Positions 21,389-30,511 of a stretch of DNA of 64,000 nt are shown here, piece by piece. A program made the position numbers and the translations under genes. Numbering within the stretch: the stretch's first letter is position 1; each line of letters begins with the position of its first letter. The DNA lies in assembly GCA_963783575.1 (NCBI GenBank), contig CAWAOD010000014.1:416001-480000 (forward strand). Direction: 5' to 3'. The stretch comes from an uncultured Spirochaetota bacterium. GTDB lineage: Bacteria > Spirochaetota > Brevinematia > Brevinematales > JAOACQ01. The notes under the pieces were generated by a model that did no database searches, was not told where the DNA came from, and saw only the letters and a list, made by a program, of their open reading frames with translations.

Positions 21389-22381
21389 TTATTCGCTTTT
21401 AGCAGGTTCTTTATTCTTTTTAAATAAAGATGAAACTACCTTAAAAATAATCAGAAGCAAAGCCGCACCGGCAACTGCCGATATCAGATAACCGGCGATA
21501 TCACTCTTAAGAGCAGGCAGATTATAATCCTGCAGCGGAGCTTCCAGATGAAACCCTTTAGCTATACTGCCCGGGACTGTAATGTTCATTTTCTGCAATT
21601 CGTCGGCAGCCCATTCGCCCCATGCTGTTCCCGAAGCAATAAGCCCGATCGGTGTTAAGACCGTCATTAAAGCAAGAAGTATGTAAAGCGGCCCGTAACG
21701 CGGTTTTGTGTCGCTATCCGCATGAATGATTTCAGGAGATACGCGCCTGATATAAAGCAAAACCCCAGATGTAACAATGCCTTCGACAATACCCGCAATC
21801 AGGTACGCTATAAGCATAGCCGGAATTGAGGCAGATAGGCCGTAGGGGCAATAGAGAGGCAACCCTGCCGCGTCCTTGAATAGAAGGGGCTGAATCCCGA
21901 ATTCTACGGCCGCGAATAATGCGGCAAGATTGATGGCGATATAACCTGCTATAAAGGCGATGATAATTTCACCCTTTTCACTTTTCCAGACCTTTTTTAA
22001 AAAAGTATAGATAAAATATCCGGTGAACGGAATGACAAACGCCATATTGAAACAATTCGCCCCGAAGGATAATATACCCCCGTCGCCGAACAGGAGGGCC
22101 TGGATCAGAAGGGCGATTGAGACCGCGATTGTCGCCGAGTATGGCCCCAGGAGTATTGCTATCAGGGTGGCCCCCACTGCATGTGCAGATGTTCCTCCTG
22201 GGATAGGCACATTGAACATCATTAGTAAAAAGGCAAAAGCGGCAGAAATGCCCAGCAGAGGGATTTTTTTAGCTGTAACTTCCTTTTTGACTTTGTTAAC
22301 CGCGATAGCCCAAACCGGAAGCATGATCGCGCCCATCATAGCGCAAGTCTGGGGACTGAGATAATTATCGGGTATATGCAT
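21389..22381 (-). CDS. cbiM: Nickel ECF transporter fused substrate component Nik(MN)/Lar(MN)
   Basis: Metal-binding N-terminus MHIPDNYL (NikM-type, not the MHIME of cobalt CbiM); PGGTSAH, QALLFGDGG, C-terminal GTAWGEW...PLQDY (PDGLE-like) domain. Confidence 0.92.
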   Translation of the reverse strand: MHIPDNYLSPQTCAMMGAIMLPVWAIAVNKVKKEVTAKKIPLLGISAAFAFLLMMFNVPIPGGTSAHAVGATLIAILLGPYSATIAVSIALLIQALLFGDGGILSFGANCFNMAFVIPFTGYFIYTFLKKVWKSEKGEIIIAFIAGYIAINLAALFAAVEFGIQPLLFKDAAGLPLYCPYGLSASIPAMLIAYLIAGIVEGIVTSGVLLYIRRVSPEIIHADSDTKPRYGPLYILLALMTVLTPIGLIASGTAWGEWAADELQKMNITVPGSIAKGFHLEAPLQDYNLPALKSDIAGYLISAVAGAALLLIIFKVVSSLFKKNKEPAKSE

Positions 22382-22590
22382 ATTTTACTCCTTTCCTTCG
22401 TCATCACTCAGGATGACCTTTGAATCCGGTACCGTTGAAAATGATATGGAATATCAAAACCTAAAGTACCGGATATTAAATCCGACAAAGTTAATTCAAT
22501 ACAAAACTGATGCGGAGTATCCGGTATGCCAAGAAAGATTACCGGAATGATGTTCAGGCCGCCATAGTTACCGAAAGCATAGGGATTTTA
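22382..22590 (-). promoter_or_regulatory. Long structured 5' leader of nik(MN)QO (riboswitch or attenuator candidate)
   Basis: Three IRs at 22400-22417, 22424-22474 and 22520-22546, plus an alternative stem at 22470-22484. Lies between a predicted promoter and the GGAAAGGAG RBS. Confidence 0.5.
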
Positions 22591-22592
22591 TT

Positions 22593-22621
22593 ATTATAAA
22601 AGAAGTTGTTAAATTTTACAA
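22593..22621 (-). promoter_or_regulatory. Sigma70-type promoter for nik(MN)QO
   Basis: Minus strand TTGTAA-N17-TATAAT. Confidence 0.5.
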
Positions 22622-22721
22622 ACAAACCTTTTCAATTTCAGGAATCTTATTTTTGCAATATTTATTTTTTTGCGTCATAATTTGCAGGTTTTTAACCCAA
22701 GCATATTTTTGAGGAGACATT

Positions 22722-23575
22722 ATGTGGGACGTAAAAGGTAAAGTGGTTTTGATTACAGGGGCTACCAACGGTATTGGAAAAGAAACAGCGATAGGGCTGG
22801 CGCAAGCGGGTGCCAATGTTGTTATTCATGGACGGAGTACTTCAAAAACCGAAGGAGTTGTCCGTGAAATTGTTCAAAAAACCGGAAACCGAAACGTAGA
22901 TATGGTCACCGGGGATTTATCATCATTGACCGATGTAAAAAAGATAGTTGATGAATTTCAATCGAAATACAATTCGTTGAACATACTTATCAACAATGCC
23001 GGCGGGCTTATATGGATGAACCTGTTTCCACAGACGGTTTTGAAATGACTTTTGCAGTAAATTACCTTTCGCATTTTTTGTTAACTAGTCTTCTTTTAGG
23101 TCAAATCAAAAAAAGCGCTCCGGCCAGAATTATTCATTTATCATCATCGGCTCACAAGATGATGATAAATATTAATATGGAAAAAATATACAGGCCCGGA
23201 GCGTATGGTTTTCTTGTTTACTGCGCTGCCAAGCTATGCGTTACTATGTTTGCCTATGAGCTGGCTGAGCGTTTAGAAGGTTCCAATGTAACCTCAAATG
23301 CAGTCCATCCCGGCATGGTCAAGACAGGTTTCGGTTCAAATAACAATAATATCTTCTGGAAAATATTCGCACCATTCTGCTTTGCAATATCAATTCCTCC
23401 TGAAAAAGGCGCGTCAACCTCTCTTTATCTGGCCACTTCGAATGACCTTGAGGGAATTACAGCCAAGTATTTTGTCGGGTCAAAAGAAAAGCTATCAACA
23501 AAATTAAGTTATAACAAGGAAAAGCAGAAGGAATTATGGGTGCTAAGCGAAAAATTAGTGAAGGATTTTCTATAG
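22722..23575 (+). pseudogene. SDR family oxidoreductase (retinol dehydrogenase-like), split by a 1-nt frameshift near 23008
   Basis: TGATNGIG and NNAG are in ORF1; DGFEMTFAVNYLSHFLL, YCAAK and HPGMVKT are in ORF2. Adding one T at CTTATATGG restores NNAGGLYMDEPVSTDGFE. May be an assembly error. Confidence 0.85.
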
Positions 23576-23604
23576 GAACAAAAGCATGATAACGGCTCCG
23601 GTAA

Positions 23605-23985
23605 GCCGGCGGCTGATTTTTAATCTTCAATCCATGCGGGGATGGTTAATCTTGCAGATTTCCAGGGAAAAGTAGTGATATTGTCTGCCTGGATTATTGT
23701 CCCCTTACTCTATCAAAAATAAAAAGCGCTATTTCAACGTTAACAATTCAAGAAATTAATCAAGTTAAATTCGTTATGATTTCAGTCGATCCGGAGCGCA
23801 ATAAAATAAAAAATTACGGATTATATTAACAGATTCCATACGGATTTTATCGGTTTAACTGGAACACCGGCTGAAATCTATGATGCCGCCAAGAAATATT
23901 AAAAGAAAAAGTTAATTCTGCTGCCGGAGACCTCATCGATCATACCCAGCATACTGGTTCAGGACAAACAGGGGAGATTATGTGC
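23605..23985 (+). pseudogene. Decayed SCO1/SenC-family copper chaperone gene
   Basis: Fragments across frames: VNLADFQGKVVIL, CLDYCPLTL...VKFVMISVDPERN, DYINRFHTDFIGLTGTPAEIYDAAKKY*, VNSAAGDLIDHT, ILVQDKQGRL. Not in the ORF track. Confidence 0.85.
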
Positions 23986-24040
23986 CAAACAAAAGAATCC
24001 AAATTGTGTTATTTTTTATTATTATGGTATAATAATAGAA

Positions 24041-24883
24041 ATGATTTTTGGGAATATTAATATGAATATTGAAAATAAATTTGAGAATTTAAAAAATATA
24101 ATATTATCAAGCGAAAAAGCCGCAGTGGCTTTTTCCGGCGGTGTTGACAGCTCATTCCTCGCAAAATTTTGCTACGATCTTCTTAGAGAAAACAGCGCGG
24201 CAATAACAATAGCTTCACCAATGATGCCTGCTGGCGAAATTGAAGAAGCAAAAGAAATAGCTCATCTGATCGGTATAGATCATTACATAATCGAGGATAA
24301 TTCTATTGATGAAGAAATCGCGTCAAATTCCTCAAAGCGCTGTTATTATTGTAAAAAGATGGAATTCTCAAAAATAAAACAGAAGGCTTCAGAATTGGGT
24401 ATTAATAATGTTTTCGACGGATCTAATATGGATGACTTATCGGATTACAGGCCTGGTCTTAAAGCCCTTCAGGAAGTTGGAATAGTCAGTCCTTTACGGG
24501 AAATTGGTTTGACAAAAACAGAAATCCGCGAACTTTCAAAAAAGCTCGGTTTAAAAACCTGGGATAAGCCTGCTTATGCATGTCTTGCATCAAGAATACC
24601 TTACGGCGAGAAAATTACAAAGGAAAAACTTGAACTTATTGATAAAGCCGAAGCTTATCTTAAAAATCTTGGTTTCAGGCAGTACCGGGTTAGATACCAT
24701 GGGACAATTGCCAGGATTGAAATAGCCGCGCAAGAAAGAAAAAAGATGTTTGATGAAAATTTGATGGATAATATATCCAGGGTTTTCAAAGCTTTCGGTT
24801 TTATATACGTCGCACTTGAACTTGAAGGATATCAAACCGGAAGCCTTAACCGCACACTTGAAAAAGGCAGGGCAGATAAATGA
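24041..24883 (+). CDS. larE: ATP-dependent sulfur transferase LarE (NPN cofactor biosynthesis)
   Basis: PP-loop AFSGGVDSS, RCYYCK, DGSNMDD..DYRPG, PAYACLASRIPYG, RVRYHG..ARIE. Confidence 0.93.
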   Translation: MIFGNINMNIENKFENLKNIILSSEKAAVAFSGGVDSSFLAKFCYDLLRENSAAITIASPMMPAGEIEEAKEIAHLIGIDHYIIEDNSIDEEIASNSSKRCYYCKKMEFSKIKQKASELGINNVFDGSNMDDLSDYRPGLKALQEVGIVSPLREIGLTKTEIRELSKKLGLKTWDKPAYACLASRIPYGEKITKEKLELIDKAEAYLKNLGFRQYRVRYHGTIARIEIAAQERKKMFDENLMDNISRVFKAFGFIYVALELEGYQTGSLNRTLEKGRADK

Positions 24884-25656
24884 GGGAAAAAGATCTGCTG
24901 GAATTACTTAATTCCGTCCGTGACGGAAAACTCAAAATTGAAGAAGCTTTAAATAAATTAAAAGAGCTTCCGTTTATTGATATGGAATACGCGAAACTTG
25001 ACACACATCGCGAAATAAGGACAGGATTTCCGGAAATCATATTCTGCGCCGGTAAAACCATCGAACACATTAAGGGCATAGTATCCCATATGATGGAAAA
25101 ACGGATTAATATACTTGCGACAAGGGCGGAACAGAATGTTTTCCTAGCGTTGAAAAATGAAATTCCGAATATCGAATACTTTCCCGAGGCAAGAATTATC
25201 TATATTAAAAATTCAGATATACATTTAAACAAAAATAAAATACTTGTCGTTACAGGCGGCACATCCGATATTCCGGTAGCGGAGGAAGCAGCTGTAACTG
25301 CCGAAAAATTGGGCAATCAGGTCTCAAGGCTTTATGATGTTGGAGTTGCTGGCATACACAGGCTTCTTTATAATCAGGATAAATTGAACGACGCGAGTGT
25401 CATAATCGCGGTCGCAGGTATGGAGGGAGCACTGGCCAGCGTTGTAGGCGGCCTAGTGGATAAACCGGTAATAGCAGTACCGACAAGTATCGGATATGGA
25501 GCCAGTTTCGGAGGACTTGCTGCCCTTCTGGCGATGCTGAACAGCTGTGCAAGCGGGATCAGTGTAGTCAATATCGACAACGGTTTCGGGGCGGGATATT
25601 TTGCGGCTGTGATAAACCGTCAAATAGAAAAAGCCGCCGGAGATAATAAAAAATAA
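24880..25656 (+). CDS. larB: NPN cofactor biosynthesis carboxylase/hydrolase LarB
   Basis: DTHREIRTGFPEIIFCAGKT, GTSDIPVAEEA, DVGVAGIHRL, AGMEGAL, PTSIGYG, VVNIDNGFGAG. Confidence 0.95.
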   Translation: MREKDLLELLNSVRDGKLKIEEALNKLKELPFIDMEYAKLDTHREIRTGFPEIIFCAGKTIEHIKGIVSHMMEKRINILATRAEQNVFLALKNEIPNIEYFPEARIIYIKNSDIHLNKNKILVVTGGTSDIPVAEEAAVTAEKLGNQVSRLYDVGVAGIHRLLYNQDKLNDASVIIAVAGMEGALASVVGGLVDKPVIAVPTSIGYGASFGGLAALLAMLNSCASGISVVNIDNGFGAGYFAAVINRQIEKAAGDNKK

Positions 25657-25669
25657 AGTTCGAGAAAAC

Positions 25670-25750
25670 AAACCCCAACCCCTCATTCAGCAGAGCCGGT
25701 CCTGAGTCTGAAGAAGGGTTCTGTACATCGTTTCGTAGGAGGGGAGGTTT
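25670..25750. repeat. REP-like palindromic element between larB and larC
   Basis: Outer AAACCCCAACCCCTC and GGAGGGGAGGTTT arms. The inner 25690-25720 segment (minus strand CCCTTCTTCAGACTCAGGACCGGCTCTGC) aligns with the 63392-63420 copy. Confidence 0.55.
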
Positions 25751-25783
25751 TGACAATATGTCTATGAATTATAGGAAGAAGGA

Positions 25784-26965
25784 ATGGAAAAGAAGATACT
25801 GTTTTTCGACTGTTTTTCAGGAATCAGCGGGGATATGACTATCGGCGCGCTCCTGGACCTAGGTGTTGACAAAGACTATTTTCTTGATTGTATCTCAAAA
25901 TTAAATATTAAAGGTTTTGAGATAAAAATAAAAAAATCGTCAAAAAAAGGGATCGGGGGAACGGATTTCAACGTTAAAATCGATAGCGAAATAAAACAAC
26001 CACAAAGAAATTTAAACGATATTCTTGAAATAATCAATCAAAGCGGCCTGAATGAAAACATAAAATCTTTAAGCGAAAAAATATTCAGGATTATAACTGA
26101 AGCCGAGGCAGCGGTACACAATAAGCCGGTGGAAGAAATACACTTTCACGAAATTGGGGCTGTTGATTCTATTGTTGATATTGTAGGGACCGCAGTCTGC
26201 ATTGACAGTATAAATGCCGATGAAATTTTGTCCTCGCCCTTAAACCTCGGAAGCGGTTTTGTCGTTTGCAATCATGGGACAATACCTGTCCCGGCACCAG
26301 CCACGCTTGAAATACTGAAAGATGTACCGGTCTATTCCTGGAATATTAAAAAAGAAATGACAACACCTACAGGCGCAGGTATTATCAAAGCTCTTAGCAC
26401 AGGATTTACAGATTTTCCTTCAATATCAATCGAGAGGACAGGCTATGGTCTAGGAAAGAGGGACCTGGAAATACCAAATGTTCTTCGTGTAGTTCTTGGA
26501 AAAACACGGGAAATTAAAGCAATAACACTTCTGGAAACAAATATCGACAATATGAATCCTGAAATTTACGGGTACATCTTTCCGAAACTTTTCGAAAAAG
26601 GTGCTCTCGACGTGTACATTACCCCGATTATAATGAAAAAAAACCGCCCGGCATGCATATTGAGCGTTCTCTGCCCCGAAGATAAATCTGCTTCAATTGA
26701 GGATTTCATTTTCCGTGAAACACCAACACTTGGCATCAGGAAATATAAAGTCGAAAGGGAAGAAATGGATAGAAAAACAGTTATAGTTGAAACAAAATTC
26801 GGAAAGATAAGCGTGAAAGCCGCTTATCTCAATAATAAAATAGTAAAATTCGCGCCTGAATATGAAGAATGCTCGAAGATAGCGGAAAGCTCCGGGATTC
26901 CGATATTCGAAGTTTATCAGGAAATCATATCATCCGCAAGGAATTTAATTAAAGACCTGGTTTAA
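25784..26965 (+). CDS. larC: Nickel insertase (cyclometallase) LarC, single continuous ORF
   Basis: FDCFSGISGDMTIGALLDLG, HFHEIGAVDSIVDIVG, HGTIPVPAPAT, TTPTGA, ETNIDNMNPE, MKKNRP, PEYEEC. Confidence 0.95.
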   Translation: MEKKILFFDCFSGISGDMTIGALLDLGVDKDYFLDCISKLNIKGFEIKIKKSSKKGIGGTDFNVKIDSEIKQPQRNLNDILEIINQSGLNENIKSLSEKIFRIITEAEAAVHNKPVEEIHFHEIGAVDSIVDIVGTAVCIDSINADEILSSPLNLGSGFVVCNHGTIPVPAPATLEILKDVPVYSWNIKKEMTTPTGAGIIKALSTGFTDFPSISIERTGYGLGKRDLEIPNVLRVVLGKTREIKAITLLETNIDNMNPEIYGYIFPKLFEKGALDVYITPIIMKKNRPACILSVLCPEDKSASIEDFIFRETPTLGIRKYKVEREEMDRKTVIVETKFGKISVKAAYLNNKIVKFAPEYEECSKIAESSGIPIFEVYQEIISSARNLIKDLV

Positions 26966-29092
26966 TATCTGGTAGTTCATACCCATATTCCAGAAGGTAT
27001 ATCCCATATTTATCGAATCCTGAACTCCCCTAACCTCATTTTTTATGTAATTACTTCCAAAATAAGTCCTATCATAGGAGATATTCATTTTAAAAGCCTG
27101 TACATAAGGCCTTATAATTAGGTCCTTCATTCCAAGATAATAATTTCTCAAACATCCATAATAGTAAATCCTGTATGTTTTTAATTCAAACGGTTTAAAA
27201 TTCATAAATTCAGGAGCGAAATGAGAAGGATAATACATTGGACAAATCACATTTACATACCTTTTAAACATTTCCACATCCTGGCCTGTCCTTGCGCCTG
27301 TTCTCCACCATCCGTTCGCGCCGTAAATATCAATGGAAATCGGTGCATCTATATTTTCCCTGGCATAATTTAAAAACGACATTATTGCGCTTTCCTTATC
27401 CATACCCCTATCTCTTGACGGGTAATAAGCATCGCCAAGATTTTCACCGTCGGTCGGAAATCGGACATAATCGAATTGGACTTCGTTAAAGCCTTTACTG
27501 ATAAGTTCTTTTGCGATTTCGACATTATATTCCCAGACCTTTTCCGAATACGGATCAACCCAGTATTCCTTAATTAATTTTGTCGTTCCGTCTTTATTTT
27601 TCTTAATGCCTTGCCATGGTTTCCCGGTTGATGCTGATTTTACAGCCATTTCACCGCTGTTATAACTATAAAGTACCCTGTCCTGGAAAAGAACAAGCCG
27701 TGCAATTAAATAGATATTTTTCTTCTTCAAAGCCTTTGAAAAGTCTTCCACGTCAACAGGGTTTTGAACCCTTCCCATCCTTTTTAAAAGAACGCTCTCC
27801 GGGTTAAACTTAAGATTTCCCCAATCATCCTTCATATCTATAACTAGGGAATTAAGACCTGTGTTCGATAACATTGTCAAAATATTTTCATATTTCTGTT
27901 TTTGTTTAATAACTCCGGGCTGAACATAAAGTCCTCTTTTTCCATCCGCGGTTTGTGTAAATGAATTTCTTTCCGGTTCTGCAAAAAGCCATAATCCGGA
28001 TAAATTGAACTCGGTTTCCCCGTTAGTAAAAGAACAAAAACACTGGAGTCTGCTTCCTGTTTTTTCCTCAATTGAATTTCTGAACTTTGAAATATCAAGC
28101 TGGTTCAATTCCATTACGGATGATCCTTTTCCAGATGTTTCAGCCATGGATGACCCGTTTCCAAGCTCGGAAGAAAATGAAGCAGACATGGATGAACCTG
28201 ATATTTTTGATATGTCCTCATTTGAATTTAATTCCAGTTCCATCAGCCCGTTTGTACAGATGAAATATAGATTTTTACTAAAATAAAGGCTTTCGATCAG
28301 GTTGAAATTGTCCTTCATGCGCAGAATATTGTCCCAGGAATTTTCTTTTTGATTAAAGCGGTATATATTCGGAGAGAAATTGTTCGCAGCGAAAATTACC
28401 GGTTTATCGCCATTCCTGACAGAGTATAGATCGGAAACCTCCTCATAAAAACCGGTAAGTTCAAGTATGCCATTGTTCAATTCATGCCAGCCATTCATCT
28501 TGTTGATATTTCTGTAATATATTCCCTTAAAAGGATGCGCAATCATAATATTTATGCCCTGGTCGGTATAGATCACCGCGGACTTTATTCCGGAAGCAAT
28601 ACTCGGATTCGGAAGAAAAGTCCATTTATTCCCGGCACTGGTTGTATAAAAAACTCCGTCTTTACTGCAGGTAATGAGATTTGAGGGATTCATCGGATCA
28701 ACTTTCAGGTCTTTAAGATCCTGAATGATATAGCTGAAAGATTTAACCGAATCACGATAATACTTCATAACTTTAATATTCAAACCGTTGTTTAAAAAAT
28801 TATAATTGACCGTATCCCCGGAAAAAACGATTCCAGAAGAAGTGAGCAGAAAAATTCCGTAAGGTACAGTAATTATTTTTCTGATTTCAATCCCATTATC
28901 ACCCCCGTTCCACAGAAGAACAGGCTCGTTTTTATAATCCCAGAAATATAAGCCTTTACTGGTTCCGGCTATTATGCATGGGCTTTCAGGCAAAACAGCC
29001 TTCAAAATATCTTTGTTTGTGAATTCTGTGTACAGCAAAGAATAGCATGCAAATATCAGCCCGGCAAGTAAAAACACACATTTCGAAAGCAT
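26945..29092 (-). CDS. Exported putative glycoside hydrolase (DUF4015-type TIM barrel) with N-terminal beta-propeller-like region
   Basis: C-terminal LNSLVIDMKDDWG, YLIARLVLFQD, WVDPYSEKVWEYNVEIAKE, GFNEVQFDYVRFP, PMYYPSHF, IRPYVQAF; signal peptide. Confidence 0.8.
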   Translation of the reverse strand: MLSKCVFLLAGLIFACYSLLYTEFTNKDILKAVLPESPCIIAGTSKGLYFWDYKNEPVLLWNGGDNGIEIRKIITVPYGIFLLTSSGIVFSGDTVNYNFLNNGLNIKVMKYYRDSVKSFSYIIQDLKDLKVDPMNPSNLITCSKDGVFYTTSAGNKWTFLPNPSIASGIKSAVIYTDQGINIMIAHPFKGIYYRNINKMNGWHELNNGILELTGFYEEVSDLYSVRNGDKPVIFAANNFSPNIYRFNQKENSWDNILRMKDNFNLIESLYFSKNLYFICTNGLMELELNSNEDISKISGSSMSASFSSELGNGSSMAETSGKGSSVMELNQLDISKFRNSIEEKTGSRLQCFCSFTNGETEFNLSGLWLFAEPERNSFTQTADGKRGLYVQPGVIKQKQKYENILTMLSNTGLNSLVIDMKDDWGNLKFNPESVLLKRMGRVQNPVDVEDFSKALKKKNIYLIARLVLFQDRVLYSYNSGEMAVKSASTGKPWQGIKKNKDGTTKLIKEYWVDPYSEKVWEYNVEIAKELISKGFNEVQFDYVRFPTDGENLGDAYYPSRDRGMDKESAIMSFLNYARENIDAPISIDIYGANGWWRTGARTGQDVEMFKRYVNVICPMYYPSHFAPEFMNFKPFELKTYRIYYYGCLRNYYLGMKDLIIRPYVQAFKMNISYDRTYFGSNYIKNEVRGVQDSINMGYTFWNMGMNYQILNQVFN

Positions 29093-29220
29093 ATTAACCT
29101 CAATTGTATTATTCCAATTTTAAAGCATATTATTGTAATAAGGTTTCAGCTTTTCGTAAAACATTTTAACGTTATAAAAAAGAGTTATTTAGTTTTAGAA
29201 TTAGGAAGTTATTGATCAGT

Positions 29221-29607
29221 TCATTCCGAAAGCAGTATCTTATTTTTGAAAAACCGTACCGTTAACTGATCTATAATATTAAGAAAGGTGCTTTTTTTAG
29301 TTGAAGATGGATTTGCTGACAAATCTGAAGCCTGTTCCGGCAGTGAGACATACACAATGTCATTCCTTGATAAAGGTGTCCCAAGTGTATTATAATCATA
29401 AGATGAAAGGCGTGATAATTCGTAATTGATTTTTATACTAACTTCCCGTTTTTGAAGATTCTGAGTTTCAATATTCTTCTGAAGAGAGGAAATACAATAA
29501 TCCAGATTTTTTGATTCAAGACGCTGTTCAATTATAATAAATGAAAATCCAATAAATAAAACCAGAATGAAAATGATTTTTAGGCTCATAACACCGGAAT
29601 TACTCAT
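29221..29607 (-). CDS. FtsL-like bitopic coiled-coil protein
   Basis: N-terminal TM followed by a heptad region; abuts the rsmH stop with a 0-bp gap, the canonical ftsL position. Confidence 0.6.
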   Translation of the reverse strand: MSNSGVMSLKIIFILVLFIGFSFIIIEQRLESKNLDYCISSLQKNIETQNLQKREVSIKINYELSRLSSYDYNTLGTPLSRNDIVYVSLPEQASDLSANPSSTKKSTFLNIIDQLTVRFFKNKILLSE

Positions 29608-30507
29608 CTACGGACCTCTTTTCTCAAAAATTCTTAATTTGGCGCTCCTGGACGCCCTATTATTTCTAATTTCCTCTACAGCTGGTATAACCGGTTTTTT
29701 TGTGACGACAACCCCTTTTCCCTCAAGCGCAAGCTGTTTGAAGCCGTTCTTTACGATTCTGTCCTCAAGGGAATGATAACTGATAATAACCAGCCTTCCG
29801 TTTTCAGATAGATTATCGACAGCATGGGGTATAAAACTTTCGAGAATTTCCAATTCTTTATTAATAAAAATTCTCAAGGCCTGAAAAGTTTTTGTAGCAG
29901 GATGAATTTTACTAATCTTTTGCTTTTTTGACCGCATAACAATTGAGGCTAAATCTCTAGCGCTTTTTACAGGCCTTTCCCTGCAGATCGCCCTGGCTAT
30001 CCTCCGCGATTCACGTTCCTCACCGTATAGATAAATAATATCGGCTATTTTTTCCTCACGATAATGATTTATAATCATATCTGCCGAAATTTCCTGATCG
30101 GGATCAAGCCGCATATCCAATGAGGAATCATCCATATAGCTGAATCCTCCTTCACGGAAATGAAACATTGATATCCCGAGATCGGCCAAAATTCCATCGG
30201 CTTTTATTTTTTTTCCCTGAGACAACTGTTCTGCTGCCAGTGCTTCTCCGATTTTATCAAAAGTCATCTGATAAAATGATGCGTTTTTAAATTCCCCGAG
30301 CCTTGTTTGCGCAATTTTTAAAATATTACCATCACGATCAAGACAGATAAGCCTGCCATTCGGTATTTTTTTGATTATTTCAATCGAATGCCCGCCTTCT
30401 CCGCAGGTCGCATCAACAATGATATTAAAGGGACATATTGAAAGGAAATCCATTACTTCATTTAATAAGACCGGTATATGATGTGCCGTAATTAAGTTTT
30501 TTTCCAT
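29608..30507 (-). CDS. rsmH: 16S rRNA m4C1402 methyltransferase RsmH
   Basis: HIPVLLNEV, DATCGEGGHS, DLGISM, LDMRLD, HPATKTFQALRIFIN, SYHSLEDRIVK, RSAKLR. Confidence 0.96.
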   Translation of the reverse strand: MEKNLITAHHIPVLLNEVMDFLSICPFNIIVDATCGEGGHSIEIIKKIPNGRLICLDRDGNILKIAQTRLGEFKNASFYQMTFDKIGEALAAEQLSQGKKIKADGILADLGISMFHFREGGFSYMDDSSLDMRLDPDQEISADMIINHYREEKIADIIYLYGEERESRRIARAICRERPVKSARDLASIVMRSKKQKISKIHPATKTFQALRIFINKELEILESFIPHAVDNLSENGRLVIISYHSLEDRIVKNGFKQLALEGKGVVVTKKPVIPAVEEIRNNRASRSAKLRIFEKRGP

Positions 30508-30511
30508 AAAA

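Noticed and set aside
22382..22590. Cobalamin, NiCo or fluoride riboswitch call for the nik(MN) leader
   Set aside because: Their conserved sequence blocks were not recognisable by eye; only an isolated TGATGAC is present. Kept as an unassigned candidate.
25784..26965. Programmed frameshift in larC (as in Lactiplantibacillus larC1/C2)
   Set aside because: Both domains are in one continuous frame.
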